In this document: positions 22,997-32,559 of the stretch, one piece after another
Layout: every line of letters starts with the position of its first letter
Numbering within the stretch: the stretch's first letter is position 1
NCBI GenBank assembly: GCA_964501505.1
Contig: CAZCSY010000001.1
Span: forward strand, 4,962-68,961
Direction: 5' to 3'
Origin: an uncultured Planctomycetia bacterium
GTDB taxonomy: Bacteria; Omnitrophota; Gorgyraeia; Velamenicoccales; Velamenicoccaceae
Length of the DNA stretch: 64,000 nt
Notes under the pieces: generated by a model
What the model saw: only the letters and a program-made list of their open reading frames with translations
Told to the model about the DNA's origin: nothing
Databases searched by the model: none
Made by a program: the position numbers and the translations under genes

Positions 22997-25804
22997 ATGG
23001 ATAGATGTCGCGTTGTCCTCTTTACCGTTTTGGCCGTTTTCGTCGGCGGGCCGCGCGTGGAAGCCTTTGAAGATGTCCGCTACGACATCAGCGCCCGGTT
23101 CAACCCGGCGGCCGCGACCCTGACGGCGCGCCAGACCTTGTCATTCAATAACGACAGCGGTCAGCCGTTAAAGGAAGTTTATCTGCGCATCTACCCGAAC
23201 CACCGGTATTCACCGCGGGAAAAACGCGAGCTCTACAGGTACGCGAGCTACTTTAAGACCGATCCGTTTCCGCAGGGCTTTGAGGAGGGGGCGCTCGCCG
23301 TCACGTCTTTAAAAGACGGCGCTCAAAGAGATCTTTCTTTTTCCGTCGAGGGAGAGGATGAGACGGTCTTGCGGGTCGACCTGCCCGAGGCCTGCCCGGC
23401 AGGCGGCAGATGTGTCCTGGAGATGGCCTTTACGGTGAAGATCCCGAACCATCTGGGCCGCTTCGGCCGGCACAAGGATACGTTTGCCCTGAACCGCTGG
23501 TATCCGCTCCTTGTCGTGTGCGAGGACGGCGCGTGGCAAAGGCACCCTGATTATCTTCTGCACATGCCGTACGTGAGCGACGCGGCGATGTATACGCTCA
23601 CCATCGAGACGCCCCAGGAGTATCTCGTGGTCTCGGGCTGCGATGAGGTGGCAAAGGAGAGTGTTGCGTCGGGCAAAAGGACGCTGCGCCTGAAGAGCTC
23701 CGCGCCGCTGCGCGAGTTGACCCTGGCCATCAGCAGCGCCTACGCCTGTCACCGCATCGAGCGCGACGGCGTCACCATCGAGTCTTATTACTTTAAGGAG
23801 GATGACGTTCAGGCCGCTAAGGCCGCCGCGTATGCCGCCGACATGCTGGCGTATTATGGCGAGCGGTTCGGCGCGTATCCCTATAAGAAGTTTTCCATCG
23901 CGCCGGTGTATCTGGGTTACGGCGGCAGCCAGAATGCCGGCCTTATTTTTATCGACACGCGGGCCTACCGGATGCCGACGTTCCTCGACCGCTACTTTGA
24001 GTTTCTCGTCGTCCATGAGACCGGGCACCAGTGGTGGTACAACGTCGTGGGCAACGACGAGTACCGGGAGGTCTGGCTGGACGAGGGCGTCAACTCCTAC
24101 TGGACGCTTGAGTACTTCAAGCACAAGTACGGCCCGGACGTCAAGATCGTGGACGCGCCGGACTGGGTGGAGAAGATCGTGCCCAATCCCTCGTTTGACG
24201 ACGTGCGCGCGTACCGCTACTGGTACTTTGCCAAGAAGGGCCTGGACGCGGCCATCATCCAGGAGTCGTCGAGCTTCTACGAGCCGAGCCTGATCTTTAC
24301 CGTCGCCTACGGCAAGGGCTCGGAGGTCGTCAGGATGCTCGCCGGCCTCATCGGCGAGGAGAAGCTCGGGGAGATCATGCGTCGGTATGCCGAACGGTTC
24401 CGTTTCCGCATCGCCCGTGTCGCGGACTTTACGGCGCTCACCGAAGAGGTGAGCGGGCAGGACCTGTCGTGGTTCTTCGACGAGTGGCTCTATCGGGCTG
24501 CGATCTGCGACTACGGCGTCTTCCGGCGCGACGGACGCCTTGTTCTCAAGAAGGTCGGTGACGTGCGCATGCCGCTCGACGTGCGGCTGCGCTACCGCGA
24601 CGGGACCCAAGAGGTCCTTTCTTTTACGGGGGAGACATCCGAGGAAGAGATCCCGGTTGACCGCGGCCGCGAGGTCCTGGAGGCCGAGGCGGACCCCGGC
24701 GGGCGGCTCCTGGACCTTGACCGCGTGAACAACCGTTACCCGCGCATGTTTTGCGCGCGCGTCGTGCCGGTCTACCACGGCCTGTATGACATCCCGCTCT
24801 TTTTGGAGCGCGACCGCTACCACTGGTTGACGGGTCCCAGCCTTTCATCCTACGGCATCGGGGTCAAGTCCGCCCTGAAGCGGCCCGGGGACTGGATGGC
24901 CGCTATCGCCACTTCCTACGACAACAACGCCGAATCCTGGATCTCCTCGGCGGGCTTTGAAAAATACAATGTCTTCGGACACCCTGTGAGCTGGGGGTTT
25001 GAGTTTATGGACCGCCAGGCCCAAAGCGATGTGGAAAGCGACTTGCAGTCTTATAGAGTCTACCTGCGCCGGGAGCTTTCTCTGGACTACAGCCTCGTCG
25101 AAACCAACAGCCACGCGACGCTCTACTTCTTGCACAACCGGAAGCTGGGGGAGACGGGGCTGGTCGGTACGAGGCAGGAGGCGCCGAACCTGCGCTACCG
25201 ACAGAAGAACGAGTCGATCTTCGGCTTGTCGTTGCACTGGGCCCACGCCGGCGCCTTCCCCGATCCCTCGACGGGATTCCGGCTGGCCGCCGTCCAGGAA
25301 GTGGCCCGTCCCCTGGCGCACGGCGAGGATGCCTTCGTGCGCAGTATGCTTGAATACGACCGTTATATCGAACTGTGGACAGGCCACAAGCTGGCGCTGC
25401 GTCTCAAGGGAGGCGCCGGCCACCCGAAGAACAAGTACCTCTTTTATCTGGGTTCGGACCGCGAGCTCCGCGGTTACCGCTACAAGAGTATCCAGGGCAG
25501 CGCGATGATACTGGGTTCTGCCGAATACCGTTTTCCGGTGCTGCGCGACCTGGACGTACGTCTGCCCTGGAACGTCGCCACGCTCGACGCGGTGCAGGGC
25601 GTTGCCTTCTTTGATGCGGGCTCGGCCTGGTACACGGCTTTCAACGAGAACGGGTTCAGGAAAGACGTCGGCCTCGGGCTGCGCATCTATTTCAATGTCG
25701 CCGGCGCCGCGGAGCGCCTGGCCGTGCGCATCGACGTGGCCCGGCCCCTCGACGGAGAGGACAAGGATACCCGTGTCTGGGTCGGCATCAACCACGCCTT
25801 CTAG
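22997..25804 (+). CDS. M1-family zinc peptidase fused to an Omp85/surface-antigen beta-barrel domain
   Basis: Signal peptide. HETGHQWWYN..WLDEGVNSY (HExxH-x18-E). C-terminal ..GSAEYRFPV..FFDAGSAW..VGLGLRIYF..VGINHAF. Confidence 0.8.
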   Translation: MDRCRVVLFTVLAVFVGGPRVEAFEDVRYDISARFNPAAATLTARQTLSFNNDSGQPLKEVYLRIYPNHRYSPREKRELYRYASYFKTDPFPQGFEEGALAVTSLKDGAQRDLSFSVEGEDETVLRVDLPEACPAGGRCVLEMAFTVKIPNHLGRFGRHKDTFALNRWYPLLVVCEDGAWQRHPDYLLHMPYVSDAAMYTLTIETPQEYLVVSGCDEVAKESVASGKRTLRLKSSAPLRELTLAISSAYACHRIERDGVTIESYYFKEDDVQAAKAAAYAADMLAYYGERFGAYPYKKFSIAPVYLGYGGSQNAGLIFIDTRAYRMPTFLDRYFEFLVVHETGHQWWYNVVGNDEYREVWLDEGVNSYWTLEYFKHKYGPDVKIVDAPDWVEKIVPNPSFDDVRAYRYWYFAKKGLDAAIIQESSSFYEPSLIFTVAYGKGSEVVRMLAGLIGEEKLGEIMRRYAERFRFRIARVADFTALTEEVSGQDLSWFFDEWLYRAAICDYGVFRRDGRLVLKKVGDVRMPLDVRLRYRDGTQEVLSFTGETSEEEIPVDRGREVLEAEADPGGRLLDLDRVNNRYPRMFCARVVPVYHGLYDIPLFLERDRYHWLTGPSLSSYGIGVKSALKRPGDWMAAIATSYDNNAESWISSAGFEKYNVFGHPVSWGFEFMDRQAQSDVESDLQSYRVYLRRELSLDYSLVETNSHATLYFLHNRKLGETGLVGTRQEAPNLRYRQKNESIFGLSLHWAHAGAFPDPSTGFRLAAVQEVARPLAHGEDAFVRSMLEYDRYIELWTGHKLALRLKGGAGHPKNKYLFYLGSDRELRGYRYKSIQGSAMILGSAEYRFPVLRDLDVRLPWNVATLDAVQGVAFFDAGSAWYTAFNENGFRKDVGLGLRIYFNVAGAAERLAVRIDVARPLDGEDKDTRVWVGINHAF

Positions 25805-25828
25805 GCCCGCGACCGGTCGCCCCTAACT

Positions 25829-26728
25829 ATGAAATCAGGCATCATTGCGATTCTCGGTAGGCCGAACACCGGTAAGTCGACGCTCCTCAATCGGATCCTG
25901 GGGGAGAAGGTCGCGATCGTCTCGCCCACGGCGCAGACGACCCGCCATCAGATCCGCGGCGTGCTCCATGAGGCCCGCGGCCAGATCGTCTTCCTGGACA
26001 CGCCGGGGTTACACACGAAGAAGCATGCCTTCGACCGGGCGATGATGACGGTCCTCCAGGAGTCGATGAGCGGCGCGGATGTGCTGTTGCACCTCGTTGA
26101 TGCCACCGAGCACGTCGGCCAGGAGGAAGAGATGCTGCTCGAGCGGCTGCGGCGTGAGTCCGCGCCGGTCATCCTGGCCCTTAATAAGATCGATAGAGGG
26201 ACGGCCCATATCGAGGATTACCTCAAGGCGTGGGAGCGGGTGCTGGGTCGTTCTTTGGGCGAGGCCGGCCGGGTGACGCCGGTGCCCATCTCTGCCTTAA
26301 AAGGAACGAACATCGACGGACTCCTCGCGGCCTGCTTCGACCTTCTGCCGGAGGGCGAGCCGCTGTATGCCGAGGATGTCCTGACCGATTTTCCCCGGCA
26401 GTTGACGATTCAGGAGATCGTGCGCGAGAAGTTCCTGGAGAATCTGAAGGAGGAGCTGCCCTTTTCGATAGCGGTCTATGCCGAGGAGATCGTTGACCGC
26501 AGGCAAGACCTGACGGTGACCAAGGTCGTGGTCTTCGTCGAGCGCGCCTCGCAAAAGGCGATCGTGATCGGACGCCAGGGCGACCTCTTGAAGCGGGTCG
26601 GCACCGCCGCCCGCAAGGAACTCGAAGAGATCTACGGCAAGAAGTTCTTCCTGGAGCTGTGGGTCAAGGTGGACGCGAAGTGGAAGCAGAATCATGACCT
26701 CTTGCGTCGCATCGGCTATATCAGTTAA
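25829..26728 (+). CDS. era: GTPase Era
   Basis: GRPNTGKST, DTPG, NKID and a C-terminal KH domain. Confidence 0.9.
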   Translation: MKSGIIAILGRPNTGKSTLLNRILGEKVAIVSPTAQTTRHQIRGVLHEARGQIVFLDTPGLHTKKHAFDRAMMTVLQESMSGADVLLHLVDATEHVGQEEEMLLERLRRESAPVILALNKIDRGTAHIEDYLKAWERVLGRSLGEAGRVTPVPISALKGTNIDGLLAACFDLLPEGEPLYAEDVLTDFPRQLTIQEIVREKFLENLKEELPFSIAVYAEEIVDRRQDLTVTKVVVFVERASQKAIVIGRQGDLLKRVGTAARKELEEIYGKKFFLELWVKVDAKWKQNHDLLRRIGYIS

Positions 26729-26847
26729 AATAGAGATATCCGGCGCACCCTGTCCAGGCCCGCTTTTCGCCAAAGATCCTTGGGCGGGGAGAGCCTGGGG
26801 TTTGAAGCCGCGTCAAACGGTTGGGCCGGCCATGACAAGGAAGAGGC

Positions 26848-27981
26848 ATGATCAACAAGGATAGGCTGGTCAATCTGACGCAGCGGTTGCTGCGGATCAA
26901 CTCCGAGAATCCGCCGGGGGACGAGAGGGCGGTGGCGGCCTTTGTGGCCGGCTATCTGAGGAGGGCGGGATTGCGGCCGCGCCGCATTCGGTTCTTCCCC
27001 AGGCGTGACAATGTGTTGGCTGTCCTCAAGGGGCGATCGTCGCGCCCGTCGCTTTTGATCACGCCGCACCTGGATACCGTGCCGGCAGGCCGCGGCTGGC
27101 GGGTGGGGCCGTTCTCGGGCACTGTGCGTAACGGGAAAATCTATGGCCGCGGCGCCACGGATTGCAAAGGGAATTTAGCGGTGGCCATGGAGGTGATGGT
27201 TTGTCTCCTCGAGGACGGGGCGCGCCTCAGGCATGACGTTGTTTTTCTGGCGACCGCCGACGAGGAGACCGGTTCGGCCCGGGGACTCGCGCCGCTCTTG
27301 ACAAAGAATATCGTGCGTCCTTCCTTCGCGCTGATTCTTGATTCCGACGAATTCAGTATCATCACCGCCCAGAAGGGGCTCATCCATTTTCGCATCAGCG
27401 TCGCCGGCCGCAAGGCCCACGGCGCCTATCCCCACCGGGGCGTCAACGCCATCGATCAGGCGATCGTCCTGATCCGGACGCTTGAGGGGTTGCGCTGGCA
27501 ACAGCGCCGGCACCGGCTCCTGAAGCCGTTGACCGTCAATATCGGCACGATCCGCGGCGGGGACAAGGTGAATATGGTGGCGGACTGGTGCGTCGTCGAG
27601 GCGGACCTCCGGTTCTTGCCCGGCATGTCGGCCCAACGCATCCTTAAACGTATCCGCGCCGCCTTCGACAGGACGGGGGTCCGTTACAAGATCGAGGTCG
27701 ACGGCATCCAGCGGCCCTATGAGATCGACGCGCACCATCCTTTGGTATCCTGCCTGAGAAGAGCGGCCCGCGCTCTCGGCGCGCCCGCCCCTATCCGAGG
27801 CAGCGAGGGGGCGACGGTCATCACCTTTTTTCAGAGTAAGTCGATCCCGGCCGTGGCGACCGGCTACGGCGCCCAAGGGAATGCCCACGTGACCGACGAG
27901 TTCGTCCGCATCCGGGACCTGGTTCGCGGTGCCGAGGTGCTGGAGCGCTTTATCAGGCTTTTTGACAAAAGAACGCGATGA
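26848..27981 (+). CDS. M20 family metallopeptidase (ArgE/DapE-like)
   Basis: ..ITPHLDTVP..GRGATDCKG..ADEETGS.. motifs. Confidence 0.8.
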   Translation: MINKDRLVNLTQRLLRINSENPPGDERAVAAFVAGYLRRAGLRPRRIRFFPRRDNVLAVLKGRSSRPSLLITPHLDTVPAGRGWRVGPFSGTVRNGKIYGRGATDCKGNLAVAMEVMVCLLEDGARLRHDVVFLATADEETGSARGLAPLLTKNIVRPSFALILDSDEFSIITAQKGLIHFRISVAGRKAHGAYPHRGVNAIDQAIVLIRTLEGLRWQQRRHRLLKPLTVNIGTIRGGDKVNMVADWCVVEADLRFLPGMSAQRILKRIRAAFDRTGVRYKIEVDGIQRPYEIDAHHPLVSCLRRAARALGAPAPIRGSEGATVITFFQSKSIPAVATGYGAQGNAHVTDEFVRIRDLVRGAEVLERFIRLFDKRTR

Positions 27982-28946
27982 AAAAGATCCGCATCATCAA
28001 AAAAGTGCGTCTCAAGAATCCGGTGCTCATCGCCGCCTGGCCCGGGATGGGGGACGTGGCCCTGAAGGCGGCACTTTACCTGAAAGAGAAGTTCAAGGCA
28101 CAGGAGTTTGCCGTTTTGACGGCGTCGGACTATTATTACCCGTCGGGGATTTTTGTGGAGGTAGGTCAGATCGTCCTGCCGCCTCTGCCCGAGGGGCGGT
28201 TTTACGTCATGAAGGGTGCGGCCGCGGGCAACGACGCGGTCTTGTTCATCAGCAGCGCCCAGCCGCTCATCGAAAAGAGCTTTGCCTACGCCTTGGAGAT
28301 AATCGATTTTGCGGTTTCGCTCGACATCAAGACGCTCTACACCTTCGCCGCGATGCCGATGCCGATCGAACACACGCAGATCCCGCAGGTGCGCGCCGTC
28401 GCCACACAGAAGAAGATTCTCGATGAGCTTGCGGTCCGACGCATCAAGGTGATGCCGACGGGACAGATCAGCGGTCTCAACGGCCTGATCCTCGGAGCGG
28501 CCAAGGCGCGGGGGTTGAACGGCGTCTGTCTTCTGGGCGAGATCCCTCTTTATACGGTGCAGATCGAGAACCCGCTCGCCTCCATGGCGGTCCTGGAGAG
28601 GCTCTCGGATATCCTGGGCATGAAGGTCGATCTCTCGGAGCTCCAGAGACACGCCGCGCGCATGAACCAGGAGATCGAGCACTTGATCGAATACCTGAAG
28701 AATCCGCCCCAGGCCGAGACGCCAATCGACCAGGAAGAGATCGAGGATATCAAGAAGAGGCTCGCCGATGCCTCGCGGCTGCCCGAGTCGGCCCGGCGCC
28801 TTATCGACAGGCTCTTCGTCGCGGCCCGCCGGGATCTTTCGCGGGCGACGGAGCTCAAAAAAGAATTAGATAAGTGGAACGTCTACGATAAGTACGAAGA
28901 TCGGTTTCTCGATCTTTTTAAAAAGCCGTCCAAGAAGAACAATTAG
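27978..28946 (+). CDS. PAC2 (proteasome assembly chaperone 2-like) family protein
   Basis: ..LKNPVLIAAWPGMGDVALKAALYL.. N-terminus is typical of bacterial PAC2-family proteins. ATGA overlap. Confidence 0.6.
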   Translation: MKKIRIIKKVRLKNPVLIAAWPGMGDVALKAALYLKEKFKAQEFAVLTASDYYYPSGIFVEVGQIVLPPLPEGRFYVMKGAAAGNDAVLFISSAQPLIEKSFAYALEIIDFAVSLDIKTLYTFAAMPMPIEHTQIPQVRAVATQKKILDELAVRRIKVMPTGQISGLNGLILGAAKARGLNGVCLLGEIPLYTVQIENPLASMAVLERLSDILGMKVDLSELQRHAARMNQEIEHLIEYLKNPPQAETPIDQEEIEDIKKRLADASRLPESARRLIDRLFVAARRDLSRATELKKELDKWNVYDKYEDRFLDLFKKPSKKNN

Positions 28947-28958
28947 GCGCGTCCCCGC

Positions 28959-29588
28959 ATGGTGCACCGCAGATCCGATCGCCGTGGGCTCTTCCTGTGC
29001 GACCTGGGCAATGTGTTGATCCGATTCGACCACCGCATCGCCGTGCGCCGCATTCTCCCTTACACGTCGAAGACCTTTAAAGAGGTCTACGCCTATTTTT
29101 TCGATTCTCCCTTGACCCGGGACTACGAAGAGGGGCGCATCTCGTCGCGGCGCTTTTTCGCGCGTCTCAAGAAGGAGTTGGCGCTCGACGGGCTCACCTA
29201 TGACAAATTTGTCCCTATCTGGAGCGAGATCTTTTTTCCGAACCCGGGGATCCTTGCGCTCCTCAAGACCCTGCGCCGGCGCTGGCGCCTCCATCTCATC
29301 TCGAACATCAACGCCCTCCATTACGCGTACATCCGCAGGAAGTTTCCCGGGCACCTCGGCGTCTTCGATAAGGTGATCCTCTCCTATAGGGTCGGCGCGC
29401 AAAAACCGCACCCCCGCATCTATCGGCGCGCCATGGCCGTGGGCCGGTACGCGAACGGCCGCGTCCTCTATGTTGATGACCGGCCGGACCTCATCCGGGC
29501 GGCCCGCCGGCTGGGGCTCAGCTGTATCCGTTTCCGATCCGTCAAAGACCTCAAAAGAGAACTCAGACGACGCAAGGTGCTTGCGTGA
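28959..29588 (+). CDS. HAD-superfamily hydrolase
   Basis: FLCDLGNVL (motif I-like), ..LISNIN.. and ..YVDDR.. Confidence 0.7.
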   Translation: MVHRRSDRRGLFLCDLGNVLIRFDHRIAVRRILPYTSKTFKEVYAYFFDSPLTRDYEEGRISSRRFFARLKKELALDGLTYDKFVPIWSEIFFPNPGILALLKTLRRRWRLHLISNINALHYAYIRRKFPGHLGVFDKVILSYRVGAQKPHPRIYRRAMAVGRYANGRVLYVDDRPDLIRAARRLGLSCIRFRSVKDLKRELRRRKVLA

Positions 29589-30334
29589 GCGCCCCCATTT
29601 TAAAGACGTCCGGCCTGACGAAACGGTTTGTCGAAGGAATCCTGTTTTTCCGCCAGGAGGTGCTGGCCGTGGCCGATTTGAATCTGGAGGTCTTTGAGGG
29701 AGAGATTTTTGGCGTTTTGGGCCCCAACGGCGCGGGCAAGACGACCACCCTGAACATGCTGGCGGGGGTGGTGCGGCCGACAGCGGGACATATAGAGCTT
29801 TTCGGCGAGCCCTTCATCGCGGGCGACACGGCGCCCTTCGCGCGCATCGGATACGTCCCCGAGACGACGGTCTTGCCCGACTTTTGCACGGTGGATGACC
29901 TCTTGTTCTTTTTCGGCGCACTCTTCGGGCTTGCCTCGACGGTGATCCGGGAACGGGCCAACTATCTCCTGGAAGTGACGGGGCTGACGAAAGAGCGGCA
30001 CGTCCTTTTGAAATATCTCTCGGCGGGACAGCGGCGCCAGGTGGATTTTATCCAGGCGCTTATCCACGATCCGGACCTGATCATCCTGGATGAACCAACG
30101 GTGTACCTGGACCCCGTGATCCTTGCGCGTCTGCGGGAGATGCTCCGGGGACTGAAGGGGTCGGGCAAGACCATCGTCATATCCACGCATTCGCTCGCGG
30201 AGATAGAGAAACTCTGCGACCGCGTGGCCGTGCTCAACGAGGGGCGCTGCCTCAAGGTGGAGGGCCGTGACGAATTCCTGCGGGCCGGCGGCATGGAGCA
30301 AGAATTCATGAGGATCATCCGTCATGAGAATTAA
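29585..30334 (+). CDS. ABC transporter ATP-binding protein
   Basis: GPNGAGKTT (Walker A), LSAGQRR (signature), LIILDEPT (Walker B). Confidence 0.9.
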   Translation: MSAPILKTSGLTKRFVEGILFFRQEVLAVADLNLEVFEGEIFGVLGPNGAGKTTTLNMLAGVVRPTAGHIELFGEPFIAGDTAPFARIGYVPETTVLPDFCTVDDLLFFFGALFGLASTVIRERANYLLEVTGLTKERHVLLKYLSAGQRRQVDFIQALIHDPDLIILDEPTVYLDPVILARLREMLRGLKGSGKTIVISTHSLAEIEKLCDRVAVLNEGRCLKVEGRDEFLRAGGMEQEFMRIIRHEN

Positions 30335-31139
30335 GACGGCCCCAAGCGACCTCAGGACCGCGTTTTTGATCGGCCGGGAGGTTTACCGCTGGGCGACGCG
30401 CGAGCGTATGATGTACGGTTTTCTGTTGCTCGCGCTGCTCTTCATCCTGATGGCCAACGTTCCCTTCGCGGTGGATGACCCGAAGGTCTTCGGCGATCAG
30501 ACCCCGCAGGAGTCGGCCATCCACATCGGCTTCGTCGCCGTCCATATCTTCATCCCCCTGATCGCCATCTTCGTCTCCGTCAGCGTCCTGCAGAGTTTTT
30601 TGGGGCGCGCCAACCTGATTCATCTTTTTTCCAAGCCGGTGCGGTCCTGGCAGGTGCAGGCCGGCGCGGTGATCGGCCTGTTTCAGATGGTCTTTCTGAA
30701 CTGGTTCCTGATGACCGCGGGGCTTTGGTTTATTCTGCTTTCTCAAACGCGCCTCCTGACGGGCTACCTGTGGGCCGGGATGAGCCTGGCCCTCGTCATG
30801 GGGCTCCTGTGCATCAGCCTCACCGTCTTTTTCTATCTCCTCGTGCCCAACGTCCTGGCGGGGATCGTGACCATCCTGATGCTGGTCGCGGGACTGGGCG
30901 GGCCGTTAGCCCGGGAGACGTTCCTTGGGGCGGGCGCTGCGTCGTTCTTCAACCGGATGCTGGCCGCCAGCACCCTTCTCCTGCCGCAGGTCGACGCCTT
31001 GTGGGGTGTCTCGATGGCGACGCTCAGGATGTTTACGCTGCACCTGGATTCGGGCCGGATCATCGCACAGACCCTCGCCTTCATTTTTGTCGTTTTGTCC
31101 CTCAGTTTCGTTCAATTTCACCGTACGAGCCGTTTTTGA
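30324..31139 (+). CDS. ABC-2-type transporter permease
   Basis: Overlaps the ATPase gene. About 6 predicted hydrophobic helices. Confidence 0.65.
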   Translation: MRIKTAPSDLRTAFLIGREVYRWATRERMMYGFLLLALLFILMANVPFAVDDPKVFGDQTPQESAIHIGFVAVHIFIPLIAIFVSVSVLQSFLGRANLIHLFSKPVRSWQVQAGAVIGLFQMVFLNWFLMTAGLWFILLSQTRLLTGYLWAGMSLALVMGLLCISLTVFFYLLVPNVLAGIVTILMLVAGLGGPLARETFLGAGAASFFNRMLAASTLLLPQVDALWGVSMATLRMFTLHLDSGRIIAQTLAFIFVVLSLSFVQFHRTSRF

Positions 31140-31213
31140 TCAGGAATTTTTGTAAATTTTTTTTTCTCGTCGAGAAATTTAACAAAAAAAGTTCGTCTTG
31201 CTTCCAAAATTTC

Positions 31214-31242
31214 TTGACAACATCTTTTTGTTAGGATAATAT
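31214..31242 (+). promoter_or_regulatory. near-consensus sigma70 promoter in an AT-rich spacer
   Basis: TTGACA (31214-31219), 17 nt, TAATAT (31237-31242). Confidence 0.55.
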
Positions 31243-31318
31243 TAAAGTGAAAGGAAAATTTTTTTCTCAAACCAAACTTCATTAAAAGCGGAGAAAAAAT
31301 TATCATCTCGTCTTGTAA

Positions 31319-31348
31319 GGGGGCTCACGTGGCTGGGGCCCCTTTTTT
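31319..31348 (+). terminator. intrinsic terminator-like hairpin (attenuator or sRNA 3' end)
   Basis: GGGGC(t)C..loop..G(g)GCCCC stem followed by TTTTTT. It lies ~100 nt downstream of the predicted TSS and 92 nt upstream of the next ATG. Confidence 0.45.
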
Positions 31349-31440
31349 CTTTATCCTGCCCGCGATGGATCCGTCTCAGGCAAAGGCAGGCGTGTCTCCC
31401 GGCGTCGGTGAGGAGACCGCGGGATTGAAGAGAGATTTTT

Positions 31441-32439
31441 ATGGGCTGCACTGTCGGTTTTACCTATGATCTGAAGTCGGATCATCCGGCGCAAGCCGAG
31501 GGTCCGCTGGACGCCCTGGCGGAGTTGGACGCCCAGGAGACGATTGATCTCGTCGCCCGCGCGCTTGAGTCCGGCGGCCATCGGGTGGAACGCATCGGCA
31601 ATGTCCGTAGTCTCCTAAAGCGCCTGCCGGACCTCGATGTCGACATCGTCTTTAATATCTGCGAAGGAGTGGGGCACCGGAGTCGCGAGGCCGAGGTGCC
31701 GACGATCCTGGAGATGTTCGGCGTGCCGTATGTCGGCAGCGACGCATTAACCTTGTCTCTGACATTGGACAAGGTTATGACCAAGAAGGCGTTTGTGGCC
31801 GACGGCGTGCCGACGCCGCGGGCCTTTCTGGCCAACGGGAAGTTCTCTTTGAAAGATTTAGACGGCATGAAGTTCCCGGTTATCGTCAAGCCGTGCCATG
31901 AGGGGTCTTCGAAGGGGATCTCGGACGATTCGCTCGTGAAGGAGAAGGGGGTACTCAAGGCGCAGATCGCCGAGGTGAACCGGCTCTACCGTCAGCCGGC
32001 CGTGGTCGAGGAGTTTATCCGGGGCAGCGAATTCACGGTCCTGGTGATCGGTAACGATGCCCCCGAGGCGCTGGAGCCCGTGCAGATCCAGATCGCCGGA
32101 CTCCTGGATCTGGGAGATCTCATGTACACGTGGCGGCGCCTGACGTCGACGGACATCGAGTATATCTGTCCGGCGAAGGCGCCGGCCGGCCTCAAGCGCA
32201 AGCTCCGTGACATGGCGGTGGCCGCCTATCGGGCGGTCGATTGCCGGGATTTCGGGCGGGTGGATTTTCGCGTGGACGCAAAGGGCCGGCCGTATGTCCT
32301 CGAGGTGAACCCGTTGCCGTCTTTGTCGGATGAGGACGTCTTTCCGATGATCGCCAAAGCCCACGCATGGACGTATGAGGAGTTGCTTCTCAAGATCGTG
32401 GAAATAGCACGCCAACGTTATCCCGCCTTCGCAGGATAG
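31441..32439 (+). CDS. D-alanine--D-alanine ligase-family ATP-grasp enzyme
   Basis: Ddl-like layout: ..VFNICEGVGHRSREAEVPTILEMFGVPYVGS.., ..FPVIVKPCHEGSSKGI.., ..GRVDFRVDAKGRPYVLEVNPLP.. Confidence 0.8.
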   Translation: MGCTVGFTYDLKSDHPAQAEGPLDALAELDAQETIDLVARALESGGHRVERIGNVRSLLKRLPDLDVDIVFNICEGVGHRSREAEVPTILEMFGVPYVGSDALTLSLTLDKVMTKKAFVADGVPTPRAFLANGKFSLKDLDGMKFPVIVKPCHEGSSKGISDDSLVKEKGVLKAQIAEVNRLYRQPAVVEEFIRGSEFTVLVIGNDAPEALEPVQIQIAGLLDLGDLMYTWRRLTSTDIEYICPAKAPAGLKRKLRDMAVAAYRAVDCRDFGRVDFRVDAKGRPYVLEVNPLPSLSDEDVFPMIAKAHAWTYEELLLKIVEIARQRYPAFAG

Positions 32440-32559
32440 CCTGCTTCGGCGGGATGTCACGGGATGGCCAGCCCCGGCCATAGGTGAGTTTCTGCCGGGG
32501 TAAACCCTGCGCAAGATATTGGGCCGGAGCAGTTGCTCCGGGTTTGCCGAGGGGAGTTC

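Noticed and set aside
31247-31285. Lys-containing 12-codon mini-ORF (GTG AAA GGA AAA TTT ..TAA) as a leader peptide for the kamA operon.
   Set aside because: The GTG coincides with the predicted transcription start and has no RBS, so translation is unlikely.
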